Source: Thraustochytrium aureum | Lineage: Eukaryota | NCBI GenBank assembly: GCA_012862495.1 | Contig: BLSG01000213.1 | Coordinates: 68,802-105,881, forward strand | Direction: 5' to 3' | DNA: 37,080 nt | Part shown: piece by piece, positions 1 to 10,092 of the stretch | Layout: each line of letters begins with the position of its first letter | How positions within the stretch are numbered: position 1 is the first letter of the stretch | Position numbers and translations under genes: made by a program | The notes under the pieces: generated by a model | Seen by the model: the letters and a program-made list of their open reading frames with translations, nothing else | What the model was told of the DNA's origin: nothing | The model's database searches: none

Positions 1-82
1 GGGAAAGGAAGCCTGATGAAAGAAGCAGATAAGAAGGAAGGAAGCAGAGAAAGAAGGAAGGAAAGAAGGCAAGGAGGAAAGA
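1..82. repeat. Purine-rich (GAA/GGAA/GCAGA) low-complexity tract
   Basis: Almost entirely A/G, e.g. aagaaggaaggaagcagagaaagaaggaaggaaagaagg. Confidence 0.6.
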
Positions 83-3000
83 GTGCCCACTCCCTCCTCC
101 ACTCAGCGTTCAAGAAGGGGTGCGGTTGGTAGTAGGGGCGAGCCGCCTCACTGTTCCCCTCGCACCGGCCCTCCCCAGCGACCCGGCCGCGCGCGTGAGA
201 GCAGGGCCCTCGGCCTGCGTTTGTGCTCCTACTACTTGCTTCAAGTTTCCATTGCGAAGCCGCTCTTGATCGGAATTCAGTTCCGTCGTGCGAGAGGAGA
301 TGGGGACATATGATGGCGCGTCTGCCGAGAAGGGCAGCGCGAGCCCTCTCTGCTCGTCGGTGGCGTACCGACAACCAACCTTCGCTGCGTCAAGTGCAAC
401 AGGGGAAAAACAGAACAGGGCCAAACAAGCCAGCAAAAGCAACAATAAAGTTTCAAAAAACATCAAAAAACCACGAAATAAAAGCAACAAAACAACGAAA
501 ACAGCGCAAATAACTTTGCGACTGGCGGTCAAGACTGGAGAATTCAAACTGGGGTTCGTTCGGTCGTCAGCGAGCTGCAGCAGAGGGCGCGAGGAATAGC
601 GGAGCCTGGCAGTGACGCAAGTGACGCAAAGTCGCCGTAGGTGCCACTCGGACTACTGACCCTCTGCTCCAAGAGAGCAAAGGCACATGAAATGCCTTTT
701 CCATCACACCGTACTAGTTCATACTCAGCAATCGCACAGCGCGAGCAGAGGTACTAGCTAGAGGCCCTGTCGCGCACACCACGCCATGGTGAGCGCACGC
801 TGCGAGCACAAATCCAACCCGTGGACCCACCCAGCCGCCGCCCACACCATCCTCGCTGCCTGCAAGCGTTGCCAAGCAAGGCTACAAGCGAGCGTGCCGC
901 AGACGAGCGTGCCGCAGACAAGCGCGCTGCGCTGCGCAACAGACCGCGCTCGCGGCTTTCCTTGGTTCTGAAGCAAGGCAGGACCGGGCGGCTCGCGCGT
1001 TCCGGGAGCAGTTCAGGTGAGCCAGGTCCGCTCATCATGATCCCATCCGTACGTGACGCTGAGACCCACGNNNNNNNNNNNNNNNNNNNNNNNNNNNNNN
1101 NNNNNNNNNNNNNNNNNNNNNNNNNNNNNNNNNNNNNNNNNNNNNNNNNNNNNNNNNNNNNNNNNNNNNNNNNNNNNNNNNNNNNNNNNNNNNNNNNNNN
1201 NNNNNNNNNNNNNNNNNNNNNNNNNNNNNNNNNNNNNNNNNNNNNNNNNNNNNNNNNNNNNNNNNNNNNNNNNNNNNNNNNNNNNNNNNNNNNNNNNNNN
1301 NNNNNNNNNNNNNNNNNNNNNNNGAGCACTACGCCCCTACACTGCCATCCTCTGCGCTGCGCAGTTGACATCTATCTGTTGATGTGCGGCGACGGCTCCA
1401 AGGCAAACTGAAGGCAAACTGCGCGCTTCGCGCTTCGCGCGCACTGATGACTCGGAAATGTATTTCGCAAGGCACCTGAACTCTCACGGCTCGTGAGTCC
1501 GCTGGCTGGTGGCGAAGAGCGCAAGCCGCCGTGTTGCGGCCGTGTCTCGCTGCGCGTCGAGTTGCGAAGTATTCGCCGACGAAGCAGAGCCACAGGTTGA
1601 GCCTGACACCAGCTGGAGCTGCGAAGGTGGCGGGCACCACTCTGCGAGAAACAAAATCGCGCCGGAAACCATCTCGGTCAACGCGTTTGTTCAAGACAAG
1701 TAAACGCTGTGGGTTTGAAGTTTGTTCACGCTCTCAGTCAAGAGTAGCTCCTCTTGGAAGATGACTTCTCCTGCTTCTGTGGTGCGTTACAGTTCGGGCT
1801 TTACAGTTTAGCCTCTCTCCCCAGAGCCCACCTTTCTTTCATAATCATGCCTTTCTTTCCAGCCGCAAATCGCCCTTTCGGGCGGTGGCAGCGGTTGAAG
1901 CAGGCAGAAGAGCCTCAGCTGCAGAGCTCGGTGTCATCTGTTTGCTGCTCGATTGAAATTGAAAGCGACGTGAAGGGAAATGTCCCATTCATGCGACCAC
2001 CAACGGCCAGAACGTCACGAGCCGCGGCAGCGCAGCCAATCGAATCAAACTCAATCGACAACCGCCTAAAGTTGGGAGTCGGCGACAATCCGCTCGCCAC
2101 AACGAGCGCGATATCGCGTCTGTTTCGTCAGCGACATTGGTTATCGAACAAGTGAGGAGAAATCGTGATCACGGCACACACATCAGACTCTACTCGGGTA
2201 CGGTACTCCATCCAAACTCTGGCTACAGAGCGAGAAGCCAACTTCAAGTTCGCGATGCGGGCCGTCATGCCGCCCGCGGGGAAAAATTGCCTTCTTTCGA
2301 GAGACCGTGAGAGCTGGTGAGGTTCTATATCGTCCAAGCTTGGCGACTCGTATCTCCAGAGGCTACCTACACTGCCAGCCAGAGGTGTTGATCACGAGCA
2401 GCTGTTGCGGTTTTTTTTTTCCCACGCACGGGGTCGGATTCATGCCGTAGGCGGCCGCGGCCCTTCGCTCGACCCAGCGGCTGCAATCGCCGTTCTACCG
2501 TCCATCATGGATCCGACGCGGCGTTGCCTTCCGCGGACTTGCAGTCAACGCACGCTCCAGCTAGCTAGCTCGAGAGAGAGCAGTCGGTATTCTTCAATCA
2601 ACGGGGCGACATGGCATGTCAATTTCGCCAACCTCCCCGCACAGAAAGCGACACATGGCCGTGAGCGCCACCAATTGGATGAAGAGCGGTGCACTTTTCA
2701 ATCCACATCAGGCTTCCAACCGAGCTCACCCACCGCCTGCGGGCAGTGGCTCGCTCGTTAGCCGACGTGCGTCGATTCCTTCCTTCTCCCATTCACGTTT
2801 TTCCCACACCACTTGCCTGCCCCCTTCGGTCGTTGCTCAGCCAGCGCGAACGGGTCGTGATTGCACGACCAATCTTGAGAATTGTAAATTCAGCTGAGAG
2901 CCTCTCTGCCGCCATTCACGGGCCGGAAGGGGGACCAACCCATCGCAAGAAGTCGCATGTCGCAAAGAGTTTTGTTTTCTTGCCTCTTTAGCCGGCGCAG

Positions 3001-3153
3001 CTCGGTCGCTTCATCAGGCGAGTCGCCCGCGCGGGCGAGCGCCTTGACAGGCCCTCTCCCCGGCTCTGCCCGCGCACTCCTCGAGATGGCCCGCCTCGTC
3101 GAGCTTGAACCGCCCCAGCTCGGGATGGGGTGAACGGGCCCGACCCGACCCCG

Positions 3154-3217
3154 GCCAGCCCAATCCCAGCCAGCCCAATCCCAGCCAGCCCGATCCCAGC
3201 CAGCCCAACCCCAGCCC
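3154..3217. repeat. 15-bp minisatellite (ccagcccaatcccag), about 4 copies, upstream of the dioxygenase
   Basis: Direct tandem units ccagcccaatcccag / ccagcccgatcccag / ccagcccaaccccag. They produce the spurious PASPI and GWDWA repeats in the ORF track. Confidence 0.8.
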
Positions 3218-3580
3218 GGTCCCGGCCGGCGCGCCTGCCAGCCCGCCTGCCGGAGCCGCGCGAGGCAGGCTTGCGGCTCGCCGGCTGGGCGCTTGCCGAA
3301 CGGCGCCGACTCGGCGGCAGGCCTTGTCGTGCCGACGGGCCGGGTTTTGAGGCGGATTCCCCGCTGCAGGACGGCCCCGGGCGCCCACCGCTTGCACGAG
3401 CAGCAGGCAGACCCCGGTCGAAGGACGGCAGAGCGCATGCGCAGGCTGACGAGGCTCGGTCGCTCGCTTCTCTGTGCAAGCCTCGCCTGGACTGGCCAAG
3501 CCTCGCGCGCGGAAGGCCAAGCCGCGCGGTGCACGGGGCGGACGTTTTGGGCTCTCGGCGGCCCCCGCTCAGCGTGCGAG

Positions 3581-4465
3581 ATGGACGCGCCTGCCAAGCG
3601 CCAGCCGGTCGTGTTCCTCGGACACGGAGGCGGCCCAATGTTTTTGATCAAGGGGACCGGAGCGTTCGAAACCGGGGACAAGAACAGCCGCGCCGTGCGC
3701 GAGCTGAGCGCAGTGTGGAGCTCGCTTTACGGCGGCAAACGGCCGCTGTACGAGTCGCCAAAGGCCATCTTGGTCGTGTCGGCGCACTGGGAGAGCGGCA
3801 CTGGCGAGTTTGAGGTGTTCGACCAGGACCCTTCAGAGCCGGCCAAGCTGTTTTTCGACTACTACGGGTTTCCGAAGGAGACGTACGAGGTCGAGTACCC
3901 CTGCCCGGTGGACCCGGCGCTCAACGCGCGCGTGGCCGCCAAGCTCCAGGCGGCGGGCCTCAAGAGCCGCGTCACCCGCAAGCGCGAGGGTCTCGACCAC
4001 GGTGTTTTCATTCCGCTAAAGGTCATTTACCCAAAGGCCGACCTCCCCGTCGCGCAGGTTTCGCTAAGTTCCTTAGACGCGACAGAGCAAATGCGGATGG
4101 GGCAGGCTCTAGCCAGTCTCCGCGACGAGGGGGTGCTCATCATCGGCTCTGGCATGCTCGTGCACAACTTTGGCGGCGCCGGACCGTCCTCGAGCGAGGA
4201 CTACGTTGCACACAAGTGGGCCGCGAACTTCCAGGAGTGGGTCGACGAGGTTTTTGCCTCGCCGGGTACCCCAGAGTCCCGACTTGTCGAGGCGGTGCGA
4301 GACTGGGCCACGCTGGCCCCGGGTGCGCGCCTCGCGCACCCCCGCGAGGAGCACCTCCTTCCGTTCTTCACGGCCCTCGGCGCTGCGGGGCTTGTCCCTG
4401 CGCGCAAGACGTTCCAGACTTGGATGGCGGGCGCCTTTCCGCTCAACTTTTACATCTGGGATTGA
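3581..4465 (+). CDS. Extradiol ring-cleavage dioxygenase, LigB / 4,5-DOPA dioxygenase (YgiD/DODA-like), 294 aa, intronless
   Basis: Family motifs VFLGHGGGP, ILVVSAHWE, FDYYGFP..YEVEYP, GLDHGVFIPL, PVAQVSL, GQALASLRDEGVLIIGSG..VHN and AHPREEHLLP. The ATG at 3581 (MDAPAKRQP) is in frame with the 3293..4465 ORF. Confidence 0.93.
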   Translation: MDAPAKRQPVVFLGHGGGPMFLIKGTGAFETGDKNSRAVRELSAVWSSLYGGKRPLYESPKAILVVSAHWESGTGEFEVFDQDPSEPAKLFFDYYGFPKETYEVEYPCPVDPALNARVAAKLQAAGLKSRVTRKREGLDHGVFIPLKVIYPKADLPVAQVSLSSLDATEQMRMGQALASLRDEGVLIIGSGMLVHNFGGAGPSSSEDYVAHKWAANFQEWVDEVFASPGTPESRLVEAVRDWATLAPGARLAHPREEHLLPFFTALGAAGLVPARKTFQTWMAGAFPLNFYIWD

Positions 4466-4505
4466 TCTTTTTTTCTGTGAATTTCAAATCTGAACTGAAG
4501 CCGCG

Positions 4506-4697
4506 CCTTTACGCTTTCCTTCCGAGACGGTTCAGAGCAGCGGGACCGCGCTTGAAAAACCGCCAGCATCCTTTACGCTTTCCTTCCGAGACGGTTCAGA
4601 GCAGCGGGACCGCGCTTGAAAAACCGCCAGCATCCTTTACGCTTTCCTTCCGAGACGGTTCAGAGCAGCAGGACCGCGCTTGAAAAACCGCCAGCAT
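4506..4697. repeat. Tandem repeat, 3 x 64 bp, between convergent 3' ends
   Basis: Unit cctttacgctttccttccgagacggttcagagcagcgggaccgcgcttgaaaaaccgccagcat starts at 4506, 4570 and 4634. The third copy has one g>a change. Confidence 0.95.
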
Positions 4698-4732
4698 GTA
4701 TAGGTAGTGTGCAACAGGAGCCCGCTGACCGG

Positions 4733-5725
4733 TCAAGCCGCCATCTTGCCCGCCCGGTAGCGCCAGTACTTTGCTCGGATTGTATCGTGCTGTTCGCCGA
4801 GCTCTGTGCAAAGAGCGCGTGCCTCGGCCACGTTGCTGCTCCGCTCCCAAACTGAAACGAGGAGGCCGAGGAGCGGAGGCGGGTTCGCGGCGCTCGGGTG
4901 GTCCGCCGCCGAGCTGGCAGCCCGCAACTCGTCCAGCAGCCCCTCTGCAAAGGCGCGCACCGCCGCAAGCTCCTCAAAGCAAGCAAGCCGCATCAAACCT
5001 TTGATGTAGTTGAAGGGACTCTCGTTGTTGGGAGCCCTTCGCGCCTGCGCAAAGGCGAACTCGAGCTCGCGCGCGCGGACAGCAGCATCATCGAATCCTG
5101 TAGTTTGGCTCACCACAAACCACCGCTGGTTCCAGGCGCTGTTGTTGCGCGCATCGTCTTCGATCAGACTCTCCACGAACGGCAGCTCCTCGCCAAACAT
5201 TCCGAACCGCTCCAAGACGAATTGGCGGTGGCTCCAGGCGTGGTAGTTTTTCGAGTCGTCGTCTAGAACTTGGCCCACAAAGTCCAGCTCCTGAGAGCCG
5301 TCCCCGAGCTTGTCGACAATGGCCCGCCTGTGGAACCAGATCTGGTAGTTCTTTGGGCTCCGCCTTTGGCAATCGGGCGTCAGCCGCGCGCGCGCGTCGG
5401 GCGCAAACCACGCGCGAGCGATCTGCAACTTACAAGGCGTACTCGGTCACGAACTGCAGCTCGGCGCGCAGGTCGGAGCCCAGCGCAAACAGGCACTCGC
5501 GCCGAAATGCCCATGCCGTGTAGTTGGCGGCGTTCCCTGCGATCACCCGCGCAGTCAGGTCCAGCGCCCTCTGCGACTTTCGTCCTTTCGCAGAATGGCG
5601 CGAAAGTACCCCATCGTCTCCGCAAACTCGGCCGTGTAGGCGATTTGCGCGCACCTCGCGTCGTCCGGGTCCTGCGGCACGGGCTCCACATCGGCCCAGG
5701 TCGTGTTCCCAGCAAACGCCGCCAT
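4733..5725 (-). CDS. FNTA: Protein farnesyltransferase/geranylgeranyltransferase type-I alpha subunit (2 exons, 1 apparent frameshift)
   Basis: N-terminus WADVEPVPQD..IAYTAEFAETMGYFRA. PPTA repeats NAANYTAWAFRR, PKNYQIWFHRR, SKNYHAWSHRQ, ARNNSAWNQR and PNNESPFNY. C-terminus HDTIRAKYW. Intron at 5433-5364. One missing A near 5578-5580 restores KDEKSQRAL. Confidence 0.93.
5364..5433 (-). other. Spliceosomal intron (70 nt) in FNTA
   Basis: GTAAGT donor, GCTGAC branch-like motif and AAAG acceptor. Splicing gives in-frame EYAL-RSPKNYQ and removes a stop codon. Confidence 0.88.
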
Positions 5726-6598
5726 TCCCCCGGGAACCTGCCGCCTGCGCAACCAAGCCGCAGGCTATCCACGGAGACCCAGCTAGTCGCACAGACTTGG
5801 CGCCGCACAGGTCGTCGCCGCCTCGCCCTCAAGCCTTCCGCCCGGCCGGCCTGCTGCGCGCCGTCTCGAGCGTTGCGCGACTGCCTGGAGCTCCTCCGTT
5901 CGTCCATCTCGAAAGAANNNNNNNNNNNNNNNNNNNNNNNNNNNNNNNNNNNNNNNNNNNNNNNNNNNNNNNNNNNNNNNNNNNNNNNNNNNNNNNNNNN
6001 NNNNNNNNNNNNNNNNNNNNNNNNNNNNNNNNNNNNNNNNNNNNNNNNNNNNNNNNNNNNNNNNNNNNNNNNNNNNNNNNNNNNNNNNNNNNNNNNNNNN
6101 NNNNNNNNNNNNNNNNNNNNNNNNNNNNNNNNNNNNNNNNNNNNNNNNNNNNNNNNATATATATATAGGGGCCGCCCTGCGCACCGTCGAGCAGCAGGGC
6201 CGTGTTTTGGCGGGGGCACCGCGGACTCCGCGCACGCTTTTTGATTGATTTTGATCGAGTTGGTGCCGTGTGCTGCTGCTGTTTTCATGGCGGAGCACGG
6301 CGGCCGCTGGGATGCGGCTAGCAGGGCTTCATGCAGGGCCGCAGCTTCTTGAAAGCTCGGCGCGCTCATTCGCAGGTCAGCCCGTGTCTGCCGGGAGGCA
6401 ACTCGTTTTCCAACTCCACAACCCCTTTGGGCCTCTCAATTGAACGCGAGACGTTGCCGAGGAAATGATGTGCATTGCGCTTCTCACGGCCTACGAACTA
6501 TAACTCGCGCGCGGCCCTGTTCACGGATTTTGGCAGAACAGATGACGCAGACCTGAACGAGTGCTCGCGCTGCATCGGCCCGCAAGCCGGAAAGCATC

Positions 6599-7354
6599 AT
6601 GCAAGCCAGCACGGGCTGGGCGGGGCCGTGGGCGAGACAGGCCTCGGGCGACGCCGCGCGGTATGGCATGTGGGCGGCGCCCAGCGCGCCAGAGGCCTCC
6701 GTGCAAGCCATGATGGACCAAGTAAGGCGTGAGTATCTCGTGGACGGGTGCTGCGGAGAGCGCAGCGGCCGCGAGCAGGCCCCTCCAAGCGACGGTGCAA
6801 TTCGAAGCGCTGGTGATATGCAGACGGACCTCGTTCGCCTTGCTGAAGACAACGCGCGACGTGCTGCGGAAAATGCGGCTCGAGCACGCGGCCGCCAGGA
6901 CTCGAACGGTCGCCCTGGCGCACCTGGCGAGACGCACAACTCGGGCACGCTGGACCGCAAGCTCTTCGACCCCTACATGTCGCGCGTGAAAGGGCAAGGG
7001 CAGATCAACGACCACCGCGAGCGACGGGTTATGGCGGGCGGGCGCATGCTCCTCGCCAACCCGATCCGCGGCGAGGTACCCGGCGCAACGCAGCAGTCCA
7101 TCATCCAAACAATGGAGCGTCTGTTAGGCGATCGCTCGCTCGGGCGGGTCTCGGGCTACGAGGACGGTGTCCCTGCTTGCGTCCGTGAGCGCATCCGTGC
7201 AATGGAGCGGCTCGGCGAGCGCCGCGGCGCCCTCGCAGCTCTGCTTGAGGAAGACCGCGCAATGCTCGAGCGGGACCTTGCCGATTCGCGGGTCAAGTAC
7301 TACCCCACGCGTCCTGCGCAGCGGATGGGGGGCTCGCCGAGGCGGCGCCTCTAG
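6599..7354 (+). CDS. Hypothetical protein (251 aa) with helical/coiled-coil C-terminus
   Basis: Longest ATG-to-stop ORF in the interval. Composition is protein-like (KLFDPYMSRVK..., RERIRAMERLGERRGALAALLEEDRAMLERDL). No family recognised. Confidence 0.5.
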   Translation: MQASTGWAGPWARQASGDAARYGMWAAPSAPEASVQAMMDQVRREYLVDGCCGERSGREQAPPSDGAIRSAGDMQTDLVRLAEDNARRAAENAARARGRQDSNGRPGAPGETHNSGTLDRKLFDPYMSRVKGQGQINDHRERRVMAGGRMLLANPIRGEVPGATQQSIIQTMERLLGDRSLGRVSGYEDGVPACVRERIRAMERLGERRGALAALLEEDRAMLERDLADSRVKYYPTRPAQRMGGSPRRRL

Positions 7355-7505
7355 CCAAGCCGAGTCGCCTGCGACGCAGCTGCGCTGCCGAGCTCGCCGA
7401 ATCGCGTCGCAAGATCCCGTGCTCGCAAGGCGCGCAGCACCATCATTCGTGTGTCCTCCGGTTTGACGGAGGAAAACTCGACCCGCGACCGTGGTAGCAC
7501 GAATC

Positions 7506-7620
7506 CGCGCAGCAAAGGCACTCGCTGCTCATGACCGGCCAAAAACAGGTCCGTAGGAGGATTCGCGCAGCAAAAGCAAGCCCTCGCTGCTCATGACCGG
7601 CCAAAAAACAGGTCCGTAGG
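7506..7620. repeat. Imperfect tandem duplication, 2 x ~60 bp
   Basis: cgcgcagcaaa...ctcgctgctcatgaccggccaaaaa(a)caggtccgtagg occurs twice, starting at 7506 and 7564. Confidence 0.85.
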
Positions 7621-8607
7621 TTCCGACGTCAACACGCAAGCGCGTCAAACCGCATCGGCAGCCAGCACATACACAACGGTCCGAACAGGCAAGCAGGCAG
7701 GCCCCTCTTGGCCAGCCTGCGCACCATCGCAGGTCCTCCGAGTCACAATCAAGACCGGTGTGTACAGTGACACTTTCGGCATCCACGACCTGGCCTCGCA
7801 CCACTCCATCCTCCACCCGCGTAGCCGCCGCCGGCACCGCCGCTCAAGGGCCCTGGCTATCGCGCAGCTGCGGGGAGGAGGGCTTCCTGGTACACCTGCG
7901 CCGCGGCGGTGGCTAGCGCGCCGGCGGGAGCGAACGAAGGAAGAGGGGGATGACGTCGCGCGCGCCAGGCGAAACCCGGTTGNNNNNNNNNNNNNNNNNN
8001 NNNNNNNNNNNNNNNNNNNNNNNNNNNNNNNNNNNNNNNNNNNNNNNNNNNNNNNNNNNNNNNNNNNNNNNNNNNNNNNNNNNNNNNNNNNNNNNNNNNN
8101 NNNNNNNNNNNNNNNNNNNNNNNNNNNNNNNNNNNNNNNNNNNNNNNNNNNNNNNNNNNNNNNNNNNNNNNNNNNNNNNNNNNNNNNNNNNNNNNNNNNN
8201 NNNNNNNNNNNNNNNNNNNNNNNNNNNNNNNNNNNNNNNNNNNNNNNNNNNNNNNNNNNNNNNNNNNNNNNNNNNNNNNNNNNNNNNNNNNNNNNNNNNN
8301 NNNNNNNNNNNNNNNNNNNNNNNNNNNNNNNNNNNNNNNNNNNNNNNNNNNNNNNNNNNNNNNNNNNNNNNNNNNNNNNNNNNNNNNNNNNNNNNNNNNN
8401 NNNNNNNNNNNNNNNNNNNNNNNNNNNNNNNNNNNNNNNNNNNNNNNNNNNNNNNNNNNNNNNNNNNNNNNNNNNNNNNNNNNNNNNNNNNNNNNNNNNN
8501 NNNNNNNNNNNNNNNNNNNNNNNNNNNNNNNNNNNNNNNNNNNNNNNNNNNNNNNNNNNNNNNNNNNNNNNNNNNNNNNNNNNNNNNNNNNNNNNNNNNN
8601 NNNNNCC

Positions 8608-9909
8608 CTCGTCAACGACGTCGCGCGCACTGCTGCGCTTTCCGCCATGCTGTTCTGCTCGGTCAAGCCAGAGGTCCTGATGGTGTTGGTCTCGCTCGCC
8701 GTCTCGCGTGCTGCCGGCTATGGCGCCTCTGCGTTCCTGATCCTCGCGGCCCTGGTGCTGGCCTACTTGCCGACGTACCGGGGAAGGCCCAGCCTCACGG
8801 GGTGCCGGAACAAGGCGCAGCCGGCCAGCGGGTCCAAAGCGAGAAGCATATTCCGGGCCGTCGCGCGACACTTTCGGCTTGCCCTCGTGCGGGACGCCGC
8901 AGAGCCCTTCGACGCAAACGCCACGTACGTATTCGGCCACCACCCGCACGGCCTGATCCCCGCCTCGGCCTCCTACTTGAAGAGCACCGACCACTGGTCC
9001 TCGCTGTTTCCAGGGGTGTACCCGGCTACGCTCACAGCTAGCATCACGCACGTCATCCCCCTGCTTCGAGACCTCAACCAGTGGGGCGCTTCCCTCGAAG
9101 TCACCAAGCGCGGGTTCTGGAGCGGGCTTGACCGATTTGGCAGCGTCGTTCTCGTGCCTGGGGGTCAGCATGAGATGCTCCTTGAGCCCACCGAGACGGT
9201 CGAGCCGGTGAGCACCAAGCACCGCGGGTTTATCCGGCTCGCGCTCGTGCGCGCGGCGCGCCGCCCCGAGAAACCGACTTTTCTGGTCCCCATCTTTGCC
9301 TTTGGCGAGCGCAAGACGGTGCGCAACATGCCGATTCCGCTGGCGGTGCAGCGCTGGTTCGTGGACAAGCTACGCACTAACGTGGCCTTCTTCCCCCCTT
9401 GGCCGATTCGGGCTGCCCTCGGTCCCGGGCCGCGGCCCGATTACTGTCGTAGTGGGCAAGCCAATTCAAGTCCCAGTGGTGACGGGTCTCTCCAAGTCGC
9501 CAACGCCCGCCCAGGTCGCTCTTCTTCACCGCCGCTACTACACGCAACGGAAGACACGTTTGAACGGTACAAGGGGGCGCACGGGGACGCTACGAGCGCA
9601 TGAGGCTTAGGCTTTGAGCCGCCAATTGAGCGGCTCGATGGGGCCGCGTGGGAGGCCGCGTGGGCCGCCGTGTCTTGCGAGAGCGCCCCGTTAGATGTGG
9701 CCAGCGAAGCTGCCTTCCTCCGCGAGATCGACCACGTCAGCTCTTCGGACGTGCCTGTTCAGGAGCTTGTGGTTGCCTTTTGTGTCGTAGCGTTTTTCCT
9801 GTTTTGGGCCCTTCTTTGCGGGGCTCTGGGTCTCGTAGGCCGTCTGTCTGTCTGTCTGTCTGTGTGTCTGGCTGGCTGGCTGTCCGCGCTTGTGCATTCG
9901 GCAACGTAA
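8608..9909 (+). CDS. DGAT2: DGAT2/MGAT-family (DAGAT) acyltransferase; 5' end possibly in the gap; several apparent frameshifts in the 3' part
   Basis: YVFGHHPHG (HPHG motif), VVLVPGGQHE, HRGFIRLAL and LVPIFAFGE. After a frameshift at the C run 9393-9398 it reads FFPLGRFGLP..PITVVVGKPIQVP..VALLHRRYY, then EDTFERYK. Hydrophobic N-terminal segment. The 3' boundary is uncertain (9603 to 9909). Confidence 0.85.
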
Positions 9910-9966
9910 CAGGTGCTCTGGCGCGGCGCGCTTCACTGCCAGGCCAGGCCGGGCCAGGCCAGGCCA
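9842..9966. repeat. Microsatellites (GTCT)n, (GGCT)n and (GGCCA)n
   Basis: gtctgtctgtctgtctgtct..ggctggctggctg, then gccaggccaggccgggccaggccaggcc. Confidence 0.7.
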
Positions 9967-10092
9967 ATCCTTGAATCTGTAGCAAGTAGAGAGAAATCTC
10001 TTCGCACGTGTCAGTGCCATACTCTCCCCATACTTTTCTTTCTATGTACCGGCGCCAGCGCGGCCTGCAAGCTCCCCGCTTGCGGCCTAGGC

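Noticed and set aside
110..547. 145-aa minus ORF with a hydrophobic N-terminus
   Set aside because: The hydrophobic part comes from an A-rich low-complexity tract (400-510). It may be an intron plus a terminal exon, but I could not support a product.
1324..3100. Short ORFs on both strands in a lower-GC interval
   Set aside because: No recognisable domain, transposase or reverse transcriptase motif, and no consistent frame.
2890..3681. 263-aa and 216-aa minus ORFs with GWDWA / LAGIG repeats
   Set aside because: These are translations of the 15-bp minisatellite and GC-rich upstream DNA, overlapping the real dioxygenase start.
4506..4697. CRISPR-like array
   Set aside because: The units are head-to-tail 64-bp copies with no unique spacers, there are no cas genes, and the context is eukaryotic.
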